A DNA stretch of 64,000 bases from a virus. Shown piece after piece: positions 36,176 to 45,648 of the stretch. Location of the stretch: the IMG/VR virus record IMGVR_UViG_3300000651_000004, positions 14,596 through 78,595 of that record; one strand, 5' to 3'. The stretch's first letter is position 1. Each line of letters begins with the position of its first letter. The notes under the pieces were generated by a model, which saw only the letters and a list, made by a program, of their open reading frames with translations, was not told the DNA's origin and did not search any database. The translations under genes were made by a program, and so were the position numbers.

Positions 36176-38625
36176 GCCTGTGGCACCCCCTCTTCAACCA
36201 CGATGATTTTTTCGTAAGGCAACGGTCCCGGCACAATGGAAAGACCCAGGTCTTCTGAAACTGTTTCAGCCGGCCCAAATACTAAAGTGCTGCCCCCGTC
36301 CCGCACCGGCGCTTTACCGTTAAGCATCGAGTTAATCGACGCGTTAAGCCCGTCATTAAAAATCTGCACGGTCCCAGGCGTATTCAACGCGAGATAAGCT
36401 TGAGGGCTGCGCGTATCAAAAAACCAGGCTACCTGATGCTGAGCCCCGGCCTCAATCAACGCCAGGGCGGCCGCGTACATGACAGTTGCCTGGTAAATGT
36501 CGTCAATGGCAAAATCGCTGCCGTAAGGCCCCTGGATATCCCAGACTTTCCAATTGCCGTAAAAAAGTTTGTCCTTTACCTGCTCATATTCCTCGTACCA
36601 ATTGGGCACCCGCGTCGGATTAGGCGATAATATCACCTGCACCCTGGTTTGCGGATCGACTGCGCTCCCTCTGACTGACGAATAACCGAAAGAGGTCGCC
36701 AGCCAAGGCTTTAAACTCGGGGTCCAGGCGGTACGAATCCCACAATAGGTGTCGTCAAAATAAAATCGGCCCCCGGCCTGGTCATCTTCGGCTTCCCCTA
36801 TAACAATCGAAAGATATTTAATCTTGCCCTGCCACACCCCGTAGCCGGCCGGCACTTTGCCATCAGCCGGTTTTTGCGGGTTGCCCATCCACATGCTGTC
36901 GCCCTCATAAGGCAGTTTAAACGCTGTCGAAGCGTCGGTGGTCACCGTCGTATCATAAGCACCGTCAACCGAGATTTTTACACTGGTCGAGGTGTACTCC
37001 AGGGCAATATCGCCTTTAGCTGCGTAGAAAAGCGGCACCTGCAGATAAGCCCCGGTTATTTTAGGCAACCAAAGGGTGATGGTGCCGTTGATCGAGTCGA
37101 TTTTTAGCCCGTAAGAACTGTCAGTGAGCCGATAATTGCCGCTTAAATCGGTCAGCACCGGGTCAAGCTCAAAAATGAATTCAAATTTAAAAATTGAAGG
37201 ATCGTAAATTCGATCAGGAAAGGTTAACGACATGTAGGAATGCATCTGAACCAGAACCCAAGTATCTTCCAGGTCATTGATCGGCGGAGCCAGACCGCCC
37301 TGCTCAGGAGTCAGGGCGTCAATCTTGGTCTGGACGGTGCCAGTCCCATAGATATGCGAGCAAAGGCGGGGATCTTCCGGAGAAATACTGGCCAGGGGTG
37401 AACAACCGGCCAGGACTCCTGAAATCGCCGGGTAATAATGGTAAAAAGTAAGCCATTCCTGGATATCTTTTACTCCGTTAACCCTTGGATTGACCGGGCT
37501 TTGCGCAAGTCCAGTCTTAAAGTTGCGGGTAGTGTTGGAAATCAGCCGGTCACTAAGCCCTGAACGCCAGCTGAAATTCGTCAGGTTAAAACTGTACCCC
37601 TCTCCCTGGAATACCCCCTGTTGCAGGGCAAGAAGATCCTCCGTGTCATTGATAACCAGCGGGGCAAACCAGTTTATCCCGACCAGGTCGATGGCTGAAC
37701 AGGTCCAAAGCGGAGCTAAATTGTTATAATTACTTCCCACTAAATAGGGGTAATAATATTCGTCCAGATCGGCTGCGTAAGTGGCCAGGGTATTGGGAAG
37801 TTTAACCTTACAATATTCGGCCAAATCATGGATTACCTTAATAAATTGCACCATGAATTGCGGAACCCCGCAGCCGGTGATGTCCCGCATCGCGTACCCC
37901 AGGTACATGATCCAGGGGCGGATATTGTTCTGGGCCATTAAATCGATGTAGTGCGTGTAAAAGCTTTTATAGGCAGCAAGATAATTAGTAAATTTGGCCT
38001 GATCGGCTACTATCCAGGTTTTGTTAATTCGATCCACTTCCCACTCGCCACCGTCAGGGAAATAATATTGGCTGCTCATCAGAGTGGCCATCGGGCAAAG
38101 CCCCACTTCATACCCTTGAGCCTGCAAATATTTGATCCCGTCAAGTAAGGCATTGTCGTCCGAAGTCGGCCACAACTGGTGGGTAGGCTTTAAATGATAA
38201 GCATTGGCGCGGGTCCAGGGGTAAGCGATGTATTCGGCTGGAGGCGCTTCTTTCCAGTTCCAAGCCTGCACTTCCGGCCCGATGGCCGGCACAATATTGT
38301 TGACCGCCACATTATTATCATCCGCCGAGGTGTACCAATGAATGGCGATAACCACTTTTCTCACCCTAGGAAGCAATTTCAGTTCTTGCGTCACCAGGTA
38401 TTTAATGTCGGTGCCTATATCAGTTCTATTATCACCTAGCTGACTATTAACATTAAGCCCGTAGCCGCCATTAATGTTAGTATGCACCTCATAAGTAGCC
38501 GTCCCGTACTCGCCAAAAGGGCGGATCATGGCGGTATCCGGCAAAAACGACGGCACAATATGACTAAACGATCCAACCTTGTAGATCAGCTCGTTAACTG
38601 GAGTAAAAGATGGATAACCGCTCAT
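36172..38625 (-). CDS. GTA-type TIM-barrel (glycoside-hydrolase-like) tail / host-recognition protein
   Basis: TYAADLDEY, PLW..IDLVGINWFAPL, GEGY, KDIQEW..H, TAWTPSLKP, resembling the GTA_TIM domain. Confidence 0.7.
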   Translation of the reverse strand: MSGYPSFTPVNELIYKVGSFSHIVPSFLPDTAMIRPFGEYGTATYEVHTNINGGYGLNVNSQLGDNRTDIGTDIKYLVTQELKLLPRVRKVVIAIHWYTSADDNNVAVNNIVPAIGPEVQAWNWKEAPPAEYIAYPWTRANAYHLKPTHQLWPTSDDNALLDGIKYLQAQGYEVGLCPMATLMSSQYYFPDGGEWEVDRINKTWIVADQAKFTNYLAAYKSFYTHYIDLMAQNNIRPWIMYLGYAMRDITGCGVPQFMVQFIKVIHDLAEYCKVKLPNTLATYAADLDEYYYPYLVGSNYNNLAPLWTCSAIDLVGINWFAPLVINDTEDLLALQQGVFQGEGYSFNLTNFSWRSGLSDRLISNTTRNFKTGLAQSPVNPRVNGVKDIQEWLTFYHYYPAISGVLAGCSPLASISPEDPRLCSHIYGTGTVQTKIDALTPEQGGLAPPINDLEDTWVLVQMHSYMSLTFPDRIYDPSIFKFEFIFELDPVLTDLSGNYRLTDSSYGLKIDSINGTITLWLPKITGAYLQVPLFYAAKGDIALEYTSTSVKISVDGAYDTTVTTDASTAFKLPYEGDSMWMGNPQKPADGKVPAGYGVWQGKIKYLSIVIGEAEDDQAGGRFYFDDTYCGIRTAWTPSLKPWLATSFGYSSVRGSAVDPQTRVQVILSPNPTRVPNWYEEYEQVKDKLFYGNWKVWDIQGPYGSDFAIDDIYQATVMYAAALALIEAGAQHQVAWFFDTRSPQAYLALNTPGTVQIFNDGLNASINSMLNGKAPVRDGGSTLVFGPAETVSEDLGLSIVPGPLPYEKIIVVEEGVPQA

Positions 38626-40367
38626 GTGCCAACTTTATTTTTAAACTTGTCATGCTCAATCATTCGCATGGCGCGCATCCGAATGCGGTTAATCGCCCAG
38701 GAACCGGTAATATCCAGGCGCATCTGAAAACTGAAACCCCGGTTGGCTTTTCGCCCGGTGGAAGGATCATCAAATTCCGGCGGGGTGGGCAACTGAAACT
38801 TGGGATCAAAAGTCCCGTGATAATAAGTAAAGGGAAAGCCAATTTCCTCGCCCGTCTCCTGCCGGTACTTGCTTCTTAAAACCCCCTGGTGCCACGGATA
38901 CCAATTGGGATATTCATCGGGCCGGAAGAAAGCATTGATCTGGGTGTCGCCTTTTAAATGGCTGAACCAGAGATCGCCCCCGTAAAGCTTCTTTTCTTCC
39001 CGGTCATTCTGAAAAGTGAAGGCGCGCGTTTCCACACTTGCACTGATCGGCTGGTCTACGCTCCCAAAATTATCAAATGGATCATCAATAGTGATCTCGT
39101 ACAGTTGAATCCGGTTATTCTCATTGACCAAGGCGAACGCTTTATCCACCCCCATGATCGAGCCCTGCAGCAACTGATAAGGATTGATCCCAGTCCACAT
39201 ATCGTTCCAAGCAGGGTAAGCCTGCATGTAAATATTCAGATAAGCATTAGGAGTGATCGCCACCGATGAAATAGGGTGAAAATCCAGGGTCATCATCCCT
39301 AAATGATAAACACCATTGGGACCTTTTTGCGGCATGATGGTCATTAACAATCGGTTATCATAAATAATCGAGCTACCCCATGGCAGCAGCGACTTGGACT
39401 CATCCCTGATCCGATGAATCATTTCACTGGAAAGCGAAGTCTGCGCCCACTGATTAATTTGACCACGAGCTGATTTATATGCTCGCCAGCCGTCATAAGC
39501 CCGATACCAAAGATCGCCGTTCATGGTGGCACAAGATAGATCACCCAAGGCACCATTATTAACTAAACCAACAACCTGAAACTCTCCCGTAGCTTGCCAG
39601 GTGGTACGCTCAAGCTGCACTTTTACCGTAGTCGATCCTCCGGGGCCGAAAATAAAAAGTGGCCCTTGCCCCGTGGCCGTATCCTGCTGCGGATAAAATA
39701 CCAGGGCTGAGATGTCACCAACAAACGATGGAGGCCCGAAATCACCGCCTTCGGCCAGGTAATTGGTTTCGGTAAAAGAGAGGGGCGCAGTATCATTGGA
39801 CCCGATCAAGTCGCCGGCCCTGACCGCGCGAGGATTGACTTTAACAAACAAGCGTCCCTGGCCGTAAGCCATGATAGTTCCCACCGGTACCGTAGTGCAA
39901 TACTTGGACGTGGCTCCATCAAAAGAAATGGGAGTATTAAGCCCGTCCTGGATCACCATGTACTTGTCAGCTTCACAGAAATAAACCCTGTCCACATAAG
40001 GATTGCGGCTGACACCGGGAAGTTGGCTGACATTGGCGTAACCACTTTGCAGCTGCAGCTGGTAAAGATTGCCCCCGGTAGCAACTACAATCGAAGGTTT
40101 GTAATAAATATTGTCCTGAAAATACCCGGCTCCCTGAAAAAAGCCTTGTTCAAAGGTGTTTTGAATTGATGAATCGCTGTAGCGCAAAACCCATTTCTTA
40201 AACCCTGGCCGATTGGACAATATCCCGCCGCGATAAGAACAGTTGACACTCCTGACTACCCGATCGGGGTTGAGAAGACGCGGCTGATGCCCTGAGTCAA
40301 CACCTCCCTGAAAAGAGACCTGCTGATCCGGTATCTGTCGTTTAGCCTCTTCATCAACATCAGCCAT
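38622..40367 (-). CDS. Tail nozzle / head-closure protein (P22 gp10 / T7 gp12-like)
   Basis: SFQGG...N..RGG....RPG N-terminus, beta-propeller-like composition, podoviral position. Confidence 0.7.
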   Translation of the reverse strand: MADVDEEAKRQIPDQQVSFQGGVDSGHQPRLLNPDRVVRSVNCSYRGGILSNRPGFKKWVLRYSDSSIQNTFEQGFFQGAGYFQDNIYYKPSIVVATGGNLYQLQLQSGYANVSQLPGVSRNPYVDRVYFCEADKYMVIQDGLNTPISFDGATSKYCTTVPVGTIMAYGQGRLFVKVNPRAVRAGDLIGSNDTAPLSFTETNYLAEGGDFGPPSFVGDISALVFYPQQDTATGQGPLFIFGPGGSTTVKVQLERTTWQATGEFQVVGLVNNGALGDLSCATMNGDLWYRAYDGWRAYKSARGQINQWAQTSLSSEMIHRIRDESKSLLPWGSSIIYDNRLLMTIMPQKGPNGVYHLGMMTLDFHPISSVAITPNAYLNIYMQAYPAWNDMWTGINPYQLLQGSIMGVDKAFALVNENNRIQLYEITIDDPFDNFGSVDQPISASVETRAFTFQNDREEKKLYGGDLWFSHLKGDTQINAFFRPDEYPNWYPWHQGVLRSKYRQETGEEIGFPFTYYHGTFDPKFQLPTPPEFDDPSTGRKANRGFSFQMRLDITGSWAINRIRMRAMRMIEHDKFKNKVGT

Positions 40368-40370
40368 GAT

Positions 40371-42074
40371 TCATATAAGTTGCACGGTGCGCCCGTCGTT
40401 ATTGCAAATGAGATAAACGTGACCATTATCTTCAGCCCAAAACGAAAACGAATAGCCGCCCCGGGAAACAAGTGTGATTCCAGCCACCTGGCTTCCACCG
40501 GTTGCCTGGATATGAAGTTGTCCTCCAGTCGAACCATAATCACTGGTAATCCTAAGACCGCCACTCATCGTGTCCCCGCCCTTATTGACCGGCTGATACC
40601 CAATATTGGCTACTGCCGCACCTCCCTGCAGCTGGCCACCTGAAACTCCATGCTGGCTATCCAGAAGCACCCGCACGTTGCCGCCCGAATCGATATAACG
40701 CATCGTCCAGTCGGCCGGTTCGAAATACAAACTGACCGCTTCCCCCGGATAATAAAAACCGATCTGCGGTCGTGAACCACCACCTCCTGGAGCTGAAATT
40801 ATTAAAGGCGCTACGCTCCAGCTTGCCGCTCCCAACCCTTGAGCGGTCTGCAAACCAACAGGGCTCGATGGAGCGTAAGTTCCACCACCAGAGCCATTGA
40901 CTGGAACATATCCTAAATTGGTTTGGGCAGCACCAGTGGCCAGGGCACTACCAGGAATCGACCCCGCATTGATCTGGCTTCCTGAAACCAGCGAAATCGA
41001 GCTCAAAAGATATGCGGTTGTGCCGTCGCCGTATTCAAGCTGAATATCCCCATGCGCTCCTCCAAACCATAAAGCCGCCGCTCCGGAACTTGCCCCCTGG
41101 TTGGTTAAGGCAAAAGCTATTACTGGTGATCCGGAACCCGAACCATCAGTCTGAGCCAGAAAATGCGCTTTCTGCCAGAGATTCGCGCCACTTGAACCCT
41201 GCGGCATATTGACCGTGATTCCGCCACTGGCCACATCCCCGGCCTTATTCAATGGCTTATACCCCAGGCTATCGCTAACCGCCGTTGCCGTAAACGCACT
41301 TCCTGGAATCGTGCTAGAGGCAATCTTAACTCCCGTGACCGCACCATTGCCCAGCATGGCAGTCAAAACTCCACCGGTTACCACCGCTTCAGCCATATCC
41401 ACTATGCCATTGGCATTTTTATCGTAGACCGATTGGGACATGTCACCCGCGCCGACACTTGCCGCGTACCAGCCGAGATTGCCGGTTGCATCGGTTCCAT
41501 AACGCTGATTGGGGCCGACATTGGCCTTGTCCCCAATCAAAGACAACGTGAGATCGGCGCTTAACGCGCCCCCGCCCTGCAACGAAAAGGAGGTTGTGAC
41601 CAAACGAGTTGTCGGCACTTTGCCGGCAAGATCAGTGGTCAGATTGGTAATATCGCTCTCTGCATGCGTATGCACCGAGGGCGGAAAAGTGGCCGGTTTT
41701 CCACTGATCCCAGTCCAGGGAACCGAATCAGCCAAAGCCGCGTGATCAATGATCCCGTCACTATTGGTGTCGTAAGTCGTGGTCAGCATCACCCCAGGCG
41801 TGTTGCCGGCCAGGACCGTGGAAGTAATAATGAGCGCATTTCCCTTCTGCTGAACAGTGGTTCCTGCACCGCCTTGCAACCGATAAAAAGCCAGCTGATT
41901 GCTGGTGTCTTTACCTTCCAGCACACTTACCCCATCGGCGCTGGTGCCTAAGCTGTACCCATCAGTAACATCTTCCTGAATGGTTTCAGGGAGTGACGTG
42001 ATCGCCAGAGTGCCCTGTACCTCGCGGGAGAGATCAACCTTTTTACCTAATGGAGTCCAACCGTTATTGGCCAT
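40371..42074 (-). CDS. Tail fibre protein
   Basis: YDxNxxGIxD repeats, WxxISGKP, HTH metal motif, (L/I)GYxP(L/V)NK.GD repeats; ATG at 42074. Confidence 0.8.
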   Translation of the reverse strand: MANNGWTPLGKKVDLSREVQGTLAITSLPETIQEDVTDGYSLGTSADGVSVLEGKDTSNQLAFYRLQGGAGTTVQQKGNALIITSTVLAGNTPGVMLTTTYDTNSDGIIDHAALADSVPWTGISGKPATFPPSVHTHAESDITNLTTDLAGKVPTTRLVTTSFSLQGGGALSADLTLSLIGDKANVGPNQRYGTDATGNLGWYAASVGAGDMSQSVYDKNANGIVDMAEAVVTGGVLTAMLGNGAVTGVKIASSTIPGSAFTATAVSDSLGYKPLNKAGDVASGGITVNMPQGSSGANLWQKAHFLAQTDGSGSGSPVIAFALTNQGASSGAAALWFGGAHGDIQLEYGDGTTAYLLSSISLVSGSQINAGSIPGSALATGAAQTNLGYVPVNGSGGGTYAPSSPVGLQTAQGLGAASWSVAPLIISAPGGGGSRPQIGFYYPGEAVSLYFEPADWTMRYIDSGGNVRVLLDSQHGVSGGQLQGGAAVANIGYQPVNKGGDTMSGGLRITSDYGSTGGQLHIQATGGSQVAGITLVSRGGYSFSFWAEDNGHVYLICNNDGRTVQLI

Positions 42075-42078
42075 GGCG

Positions 42079-43161
42079 CTAGATCGTGTAAAACTCTCTG
42101 GTGTTGGAATAGATGAAAACGTGTCCGAAAGGGATGTCGATCGTCCAGGAGTTCTGCCCCTGGATGGTGGTCCCATCACTGGTGGTAATAGTGATCGGAT
42201 ATTGATCAGCTAGGCCGCCCTCATCCTTGATAAGCAACATGTTATTGGTCCAATGACTTGCATCGGCCAAAACCACTGAAACCGGGGAAGCGATATTGGG
42301 CGTATAAACCGCCACCATCTGTTCAATCCCGCTTAAAACGACCGGAGTTCGAGCAGTTGAAAGCCGGGTAAAAGCGAACCCCACCGGGCTCATCCAATCG
42401 ATTCCAGCTTCAGCTCCAGGGGAAACCGTCAATACCATCCCAGCCAGGGGGCCTACAGGAAGCCGGCGATTTATCACCCCGTCATAAACCATGGTGTCAC
42501 CCTTGGTGGTCAGCGGAGAGATTTCATTAATGGAAACCTTTAGAAGACTTGTATCCAGCCAACGAAATCCAGCGGTTGCCGTTGCATCAGAAATCGGCAC
42601 CTGGTTATCGGCATTGGCGATTACAGCAATATTCTGCTGCCCGTCAGAACCAATCAGTTGCCCTTTGCCGGTCAGAGGGGAAAGCGCAGTAAATGCTGCC
42701 GGTACAGTCGCCTGCCCAGTCCCGCCAAGATTGACGCCTAAGGGGCTGGTCAATTTCCAGGGCGGTCCTTGCGGCCCTTGCAACCCAGCCGGGGTAACCT
42801 GCTGGCCGCTTCCAATATTGGAACCGGGATCTAAATTGCCTGGGTAACCAAGATTGGTGAGCACCATCGTGCTCAAGGTGGAAGTGACGGCAACCTTGAA
42901 ATATCCAACTTCTCCGCTGACCCCGCCGATATAAACGGTTTGTCCTTGAGTCGCCCAGTCAGCCGGGTCGACTTGGACATTCACATTGGCCCCGACATCG
43001 GGCATCGTGAAGCCGGCTTCCGTAATTCCGAAAGCGTTTTCGCCGTCCACACCTTGAAATCCTTGCGGACCCTGCGGTCCCATCGGACCAGGGGGGCCTT
43101 GAGTGCCGCCAACCGGAGGACAATCAGGAGTACACGCGCAACCTAAATCAAGTAATGCCAT
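42079..43161 (-). CDS. Collagen-containing fibre protein with one complete beta repeat
   Basis: N-terminal CACTPDC, GXY runs, the FTMP...PGSNIGSGQQVTPAG repeat, SPLTxKG repeats, IKDEGG C-terminal domain. Confidence 0.8.
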   Translation of the reverse strand: MALLDLGCACTPDCPPVGGTQGPPGPMGPQGPQGFQGVDGENAFGITEAGFTMPDVGANVNVQVDPADWATQGQTVYIGGVSGEVGYFKVAVTSTLSTMVLTNLGYPGNLDPGSNIGSGQQVTPAGLQGPQGPPWKLTSPLGVNLGGTGQATVPAAFTALSPLTGKGQLIGSDGQQNIAVIANADNQVPISDATATAGFRWLDTSLLKVSINEISPLTTKGDTMVYDGVINRRLPVGPLAGMVLTVSPGAEAGIDWMSPVGFAFTRLSTARTPVVLSGIEQMVAVYTPNIASPVSVVLADASHWTNNMLLIKDEGGLADQYPITITTSDGTTIQGQNSWTIDIPFGHVFIYSNTREFYTI

Positions 43162-43162
43162 T

Positions 43163-43333
43163 TTAAGATTCCAACCATTTTTTGAGGTACTCGCCGTGAA
43201 CCATATCGAGCACACCCAGCAGTTCACTCACCGATAAATGATCATATTTGGGGTCGTTAATCAGCGTTCGCAGGTCATCAAGCAATCGAGTTGATGTTCC
43301 AAATTCAGGAGGAGTAAGAATTGATTCATCCAT
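43163..43333 (-). CDS. 56-aa hypothetical protein (not in the ORF track)
   Basis: MDESILTPPEF...KKWLES exactly fills the gap. Confidence 0.6.
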   Translation of the reverse strand: MDESILTPPEFGTSTRLLDDLRTLINDPKYDHLSVSELLGVLDMVHGEYLKKWLES

Positions 43334-43728
43334 TATCCCGGAGGCATGCCGCCACCGTCTCCAACATCTGGCGGAGGTCCGCCTTCTGGACCGCCACCGG
43401 CAGCACCCAGTGCTTCAGCGATATCACCTTTGGAAACCGATTTCTTTTTGGACTTATTAAATTTGATCGAGTGAACTTTGAGGTGGACATGGTGCCGATG
43501 CGAGCCAGCCTTAGTCGGATGCCGCTCCTTGGTGTGCGAATGTTTGTGGAAATGAATCGTGGCGCTTCCTTCTTCAGGCGCACCCTCCATATCCGGATGA
43601 TCGCTTGACATTGAAAGACCCGGATAATCCGGCCCACCGCCACCGCCAGGCATTCCCATCGGACTGGTATCGCCAGCCCCGTCTTGGCCCAATTGAATGC
43701 CGCCATCACCACCATCACCGTTGCTCAT
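43333..43728 (-). CDS. Gly-rich protein with a His-rich core
   Basis: TIHFHKHSHTKERHPTKAGSHRHHVHLKVH. Confidence 0.65.
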   Translation of the reverse strand: MSNGDGGDGGIQLGQDGAGDTSPMGMPGGGGGPDYPGLSMSSDHPDMEGAPEEGSATIHFHKHSHTKERHPTKAGSHRHHVHLKVHSIKFNKSKKKSVSKGDIAEALGAAGGGPEGGPPPDVGDGGGMPPG

Positions 43729-43826
43729 TGTCGTAGCCTTTTTATTTTAGGAGGACGCCGCAGAGCGTCTCGTTTGAACTTAATTCCAGGCACTGTTGGC
43801 CCTCCAAGAGGTTTAAAAATCTTCAT
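43725..43826 (-). CDS. 33-aa basic peptide (not in the ORF track)
   Basis: MKIFKPLGGPTVPGIKFKRDALRRPPKIKRLRQ; ATGA-coupled at both ends. Confidence 0.55.
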   Translation of the reverse strand: MKIFKPLGGPTVPGIKFKRDALRRPPKIKRLRQ

Positions 43827-44098
43827 GTCGCCCCCATCGCTTGTAAAAATGATCGATTGTCAGCCGGTGCCGGTGCCTGGCCAGCCGTAGCCGCCGCTCC
43901 TCCGGGTGCTGGCGGCTGACCCGCCCGTCGCTCTGCAGTTTCTTCTTCTCCTCCTTCGACAGGCAGGCCATCGAGCGCCAAGAGCTGCGCTTTGCCATCC
44001 TCGCCTACAGAGATTGTCGCTACAGCATCAAAGGATTGTCCGGGTTCGGTTTGGTCGGGGACCTGAAACCCCTCCGGTAAAGCAAATTCTATCGGCAT
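43823..44098 (-). CDS. Small acidic virion-module protein
   Basis: MPIEFALPEGF...; first gene after the capsid gene. Confidence 0.7.
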   Translation of the reverse strand: MPIEFALPEGFQVPDQTEPGQSFDAVATISVGEDGKAQLLALDGLPVEGGEEETAERRAGQPPAPGGAAATAGQAPAPADNRSFLQAMGAT

Positions 44099-44103
44099 AA
44101 GGA

Positions 44104-44141
44104 TGAAAACACGTTGCGTGTTCCACGTGGAAACACGCAAC
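44104..44141 (-). terminator. Hairpin after the major capsid gene, probable intrinsic terminator
   Basis: GTTGCGTGTT/AACACGCAAC arms (44113-44141) followed by GTGTTTT on the - strand. Confidence 0.55.
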
Positions 44142-44147
44142 ATTTTG

Positions 44148-45329
44148 TTAACTAGTTGGGCAAGCCGACATATCCAGGAACGTGTCGCAACGCAGGTGTC
44201 GGATCACATAACCGAATGCCGGAATGACTGGCTTGGAGCCTTGCGCTAAAATGGCACGGAAAAAGCCGATGGTGCCGTCCGGATTGTCAGTCTGATGTGG
44301 GATATTCAACCATTTGAATTCACCCCGGTAACTGACCGGATCAAACCGGGTGTTACCCCCAGGAGAGGTAATCGGGGCTGGTACCAGGCTTATCATCACA
44401 TCGTTGTGAAAGATGACCGAGTCAGTATAGAGCGCATTCTCGTAATTGGGGTCGATCTGTGCTTTCTGTCCCTGAGTGGCCGGGGCATTGGCATAGGGAT
44501 ACTGCCGTACCCAGGCACCAGCGGTAAAATTCCACCTCGCCGGCAAATCGTCGACAATATGGAAAAATCCGCCATAAGAGCGCTCAACACCCAGCGGAGC
44601 CAGGAGCTCGTTTGACCGAGAACTGAACCTGTAATCCTCGCGGATATTTGCATTCGACTTGATCAGGTTCTCACTGGTTTCCGCATCGGTGATCAGCCCG
44701 TAAACCGGCCGGCCGTTCTCTCGATCCAGCGGGTTAAGCGAACCGCCGTCACGATTGAGCTTCATGTAAAACTTGCGCAAAATACCTTGCGTAAGTGTTG
44801 CCGTGGGCACGGTCGCCGGGAACCCGGCACCTGCGCCATCAGGAAAGCCGGAAGCGGCAATGATCTGATGCAACGCGAGCCGCGTGTATTCATCCCGGTA
44901 GCGGTTAATCCAGGCGTATGCGCTGTTCTCAGTCAGCACATACATCATGTTGGTCAGCTGCTCTTTGCGCTGGAAGGTGACTCGAAGGTCATTAACGCAA
45001 AGCGGCGGACTCTGAAGAGCCGTATGCTGCAGCTGGTACTGGAGCAAGGTTTGCGCATAGTCGACTTCAGTCACAGGCGGCAAACAGGTGCCACCAACTA
45101 CGCCGGGGCCTGGAGGTGCCGGTGATTGACCGATGTTCTGCCAGACCAGAGGATAGGTTGGCAGTGAACGTTCATAGGTCAGTACTGAAATAATCTGGCC
45201 CATCTCCTCAGGAAACTCTTCTTGTTTCATGAGTTTGAGCCACGGCGACATGTTGAGTGTGCGCCGGTAAATGTCGGGCCCGATACGGCCAGACTCCGTA
45301 ATGAGCTGCTGCTCAATGGTGTAAGAGAT
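44148..45329 (-). CDS. Major capsid protein; probable non-canonical ATC start at 45329 (first ATG at 45251)
   Basis: About 390 aa, following portal and scaffold and followed by a terminator hairpin. AAGGAGG lies 8 nt upstream of the in-frame ATC. Confidence 0.8.
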   Translation of the reverse strand: MSYTIEQQLITESGRIGPDIYRRTLNMSPWLKLMKQEEFPEEMGQIISVLTYERSLPTYPLVWQNIGQSPAPPGPGVVGGTCLPPVTEVDYAQTLLQYQLQHTALQSPPLCVNDLRVTFQRKEQLTNMMYVLTENSAYAWINRYRDEYTRLALHQIIAASGFPDGAGAGFPATVPTATLTQGILRKFYMKLNRDGGSLNPLDRENGRPVYGLITDAETSENLIKSNANIREDYRFSSRSNELLAPLGVERSYGGFFHIVDDLPARWNFTAGAWVRQYPYANAPATQGQKAQIDPNYENALYTDSVIFHNDVMISLVPAPITSPGGNTRFDPVSYRGEFKWLNIPHQTDNPDGTIGFFRAILAQGSKPVIPAFGYVIRHLRCDTFLDMSACPTS

Positions 45330-45508
45330 ACGAGTACCCTCCTTCCGAGGGAAAATGATCCTGAAGACTGAAGCTCAGAGAATTCAGCCGTTTCTCGGAC
45401 CAGGAGGATGGTACCTTTACACTCCGATTTTGAGTGAGATGTACAACCGCTTAACCGGGGGCGACCGTGAGAGAATATCTATCGCTCTAGGGGAGGGATG
45501 GCAAGAAG

Positions 45509-45604
45509 CTATTTCTTCTTCTCTTTCTTCTCTTCTACTGCTTCCTTTTTAATCTTCTCAGCTGCTTTTGCTGCCATCTTTGCCGGTGATTTCTTCTTTG
45601 CCAT
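45509..45604 (-). CDS. 31-aa Lys-rich peptide (not in the ORF track)
   Basis: MAKKKSPAKMAAKAAEKIKKEAVEEKKEKKK. Confidence 0.5.
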   Translation of the reverse strand: MAKKKSPAKMAAKAAEKIKKEAVEEKKEKKK

Positions 45605-45648
45605 AATCCGCTACAGGTACGCGATGTGACTAGCAATTAGCAAGTGAA

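Noticed and set aside
45355-45552. 65-aa + strand ORF upstream of the capsid gene
   Set aside because: It is antisense to the module and its tail is the complement of a Lys-rich - strand peptide. More likely leader or promoter DNA.
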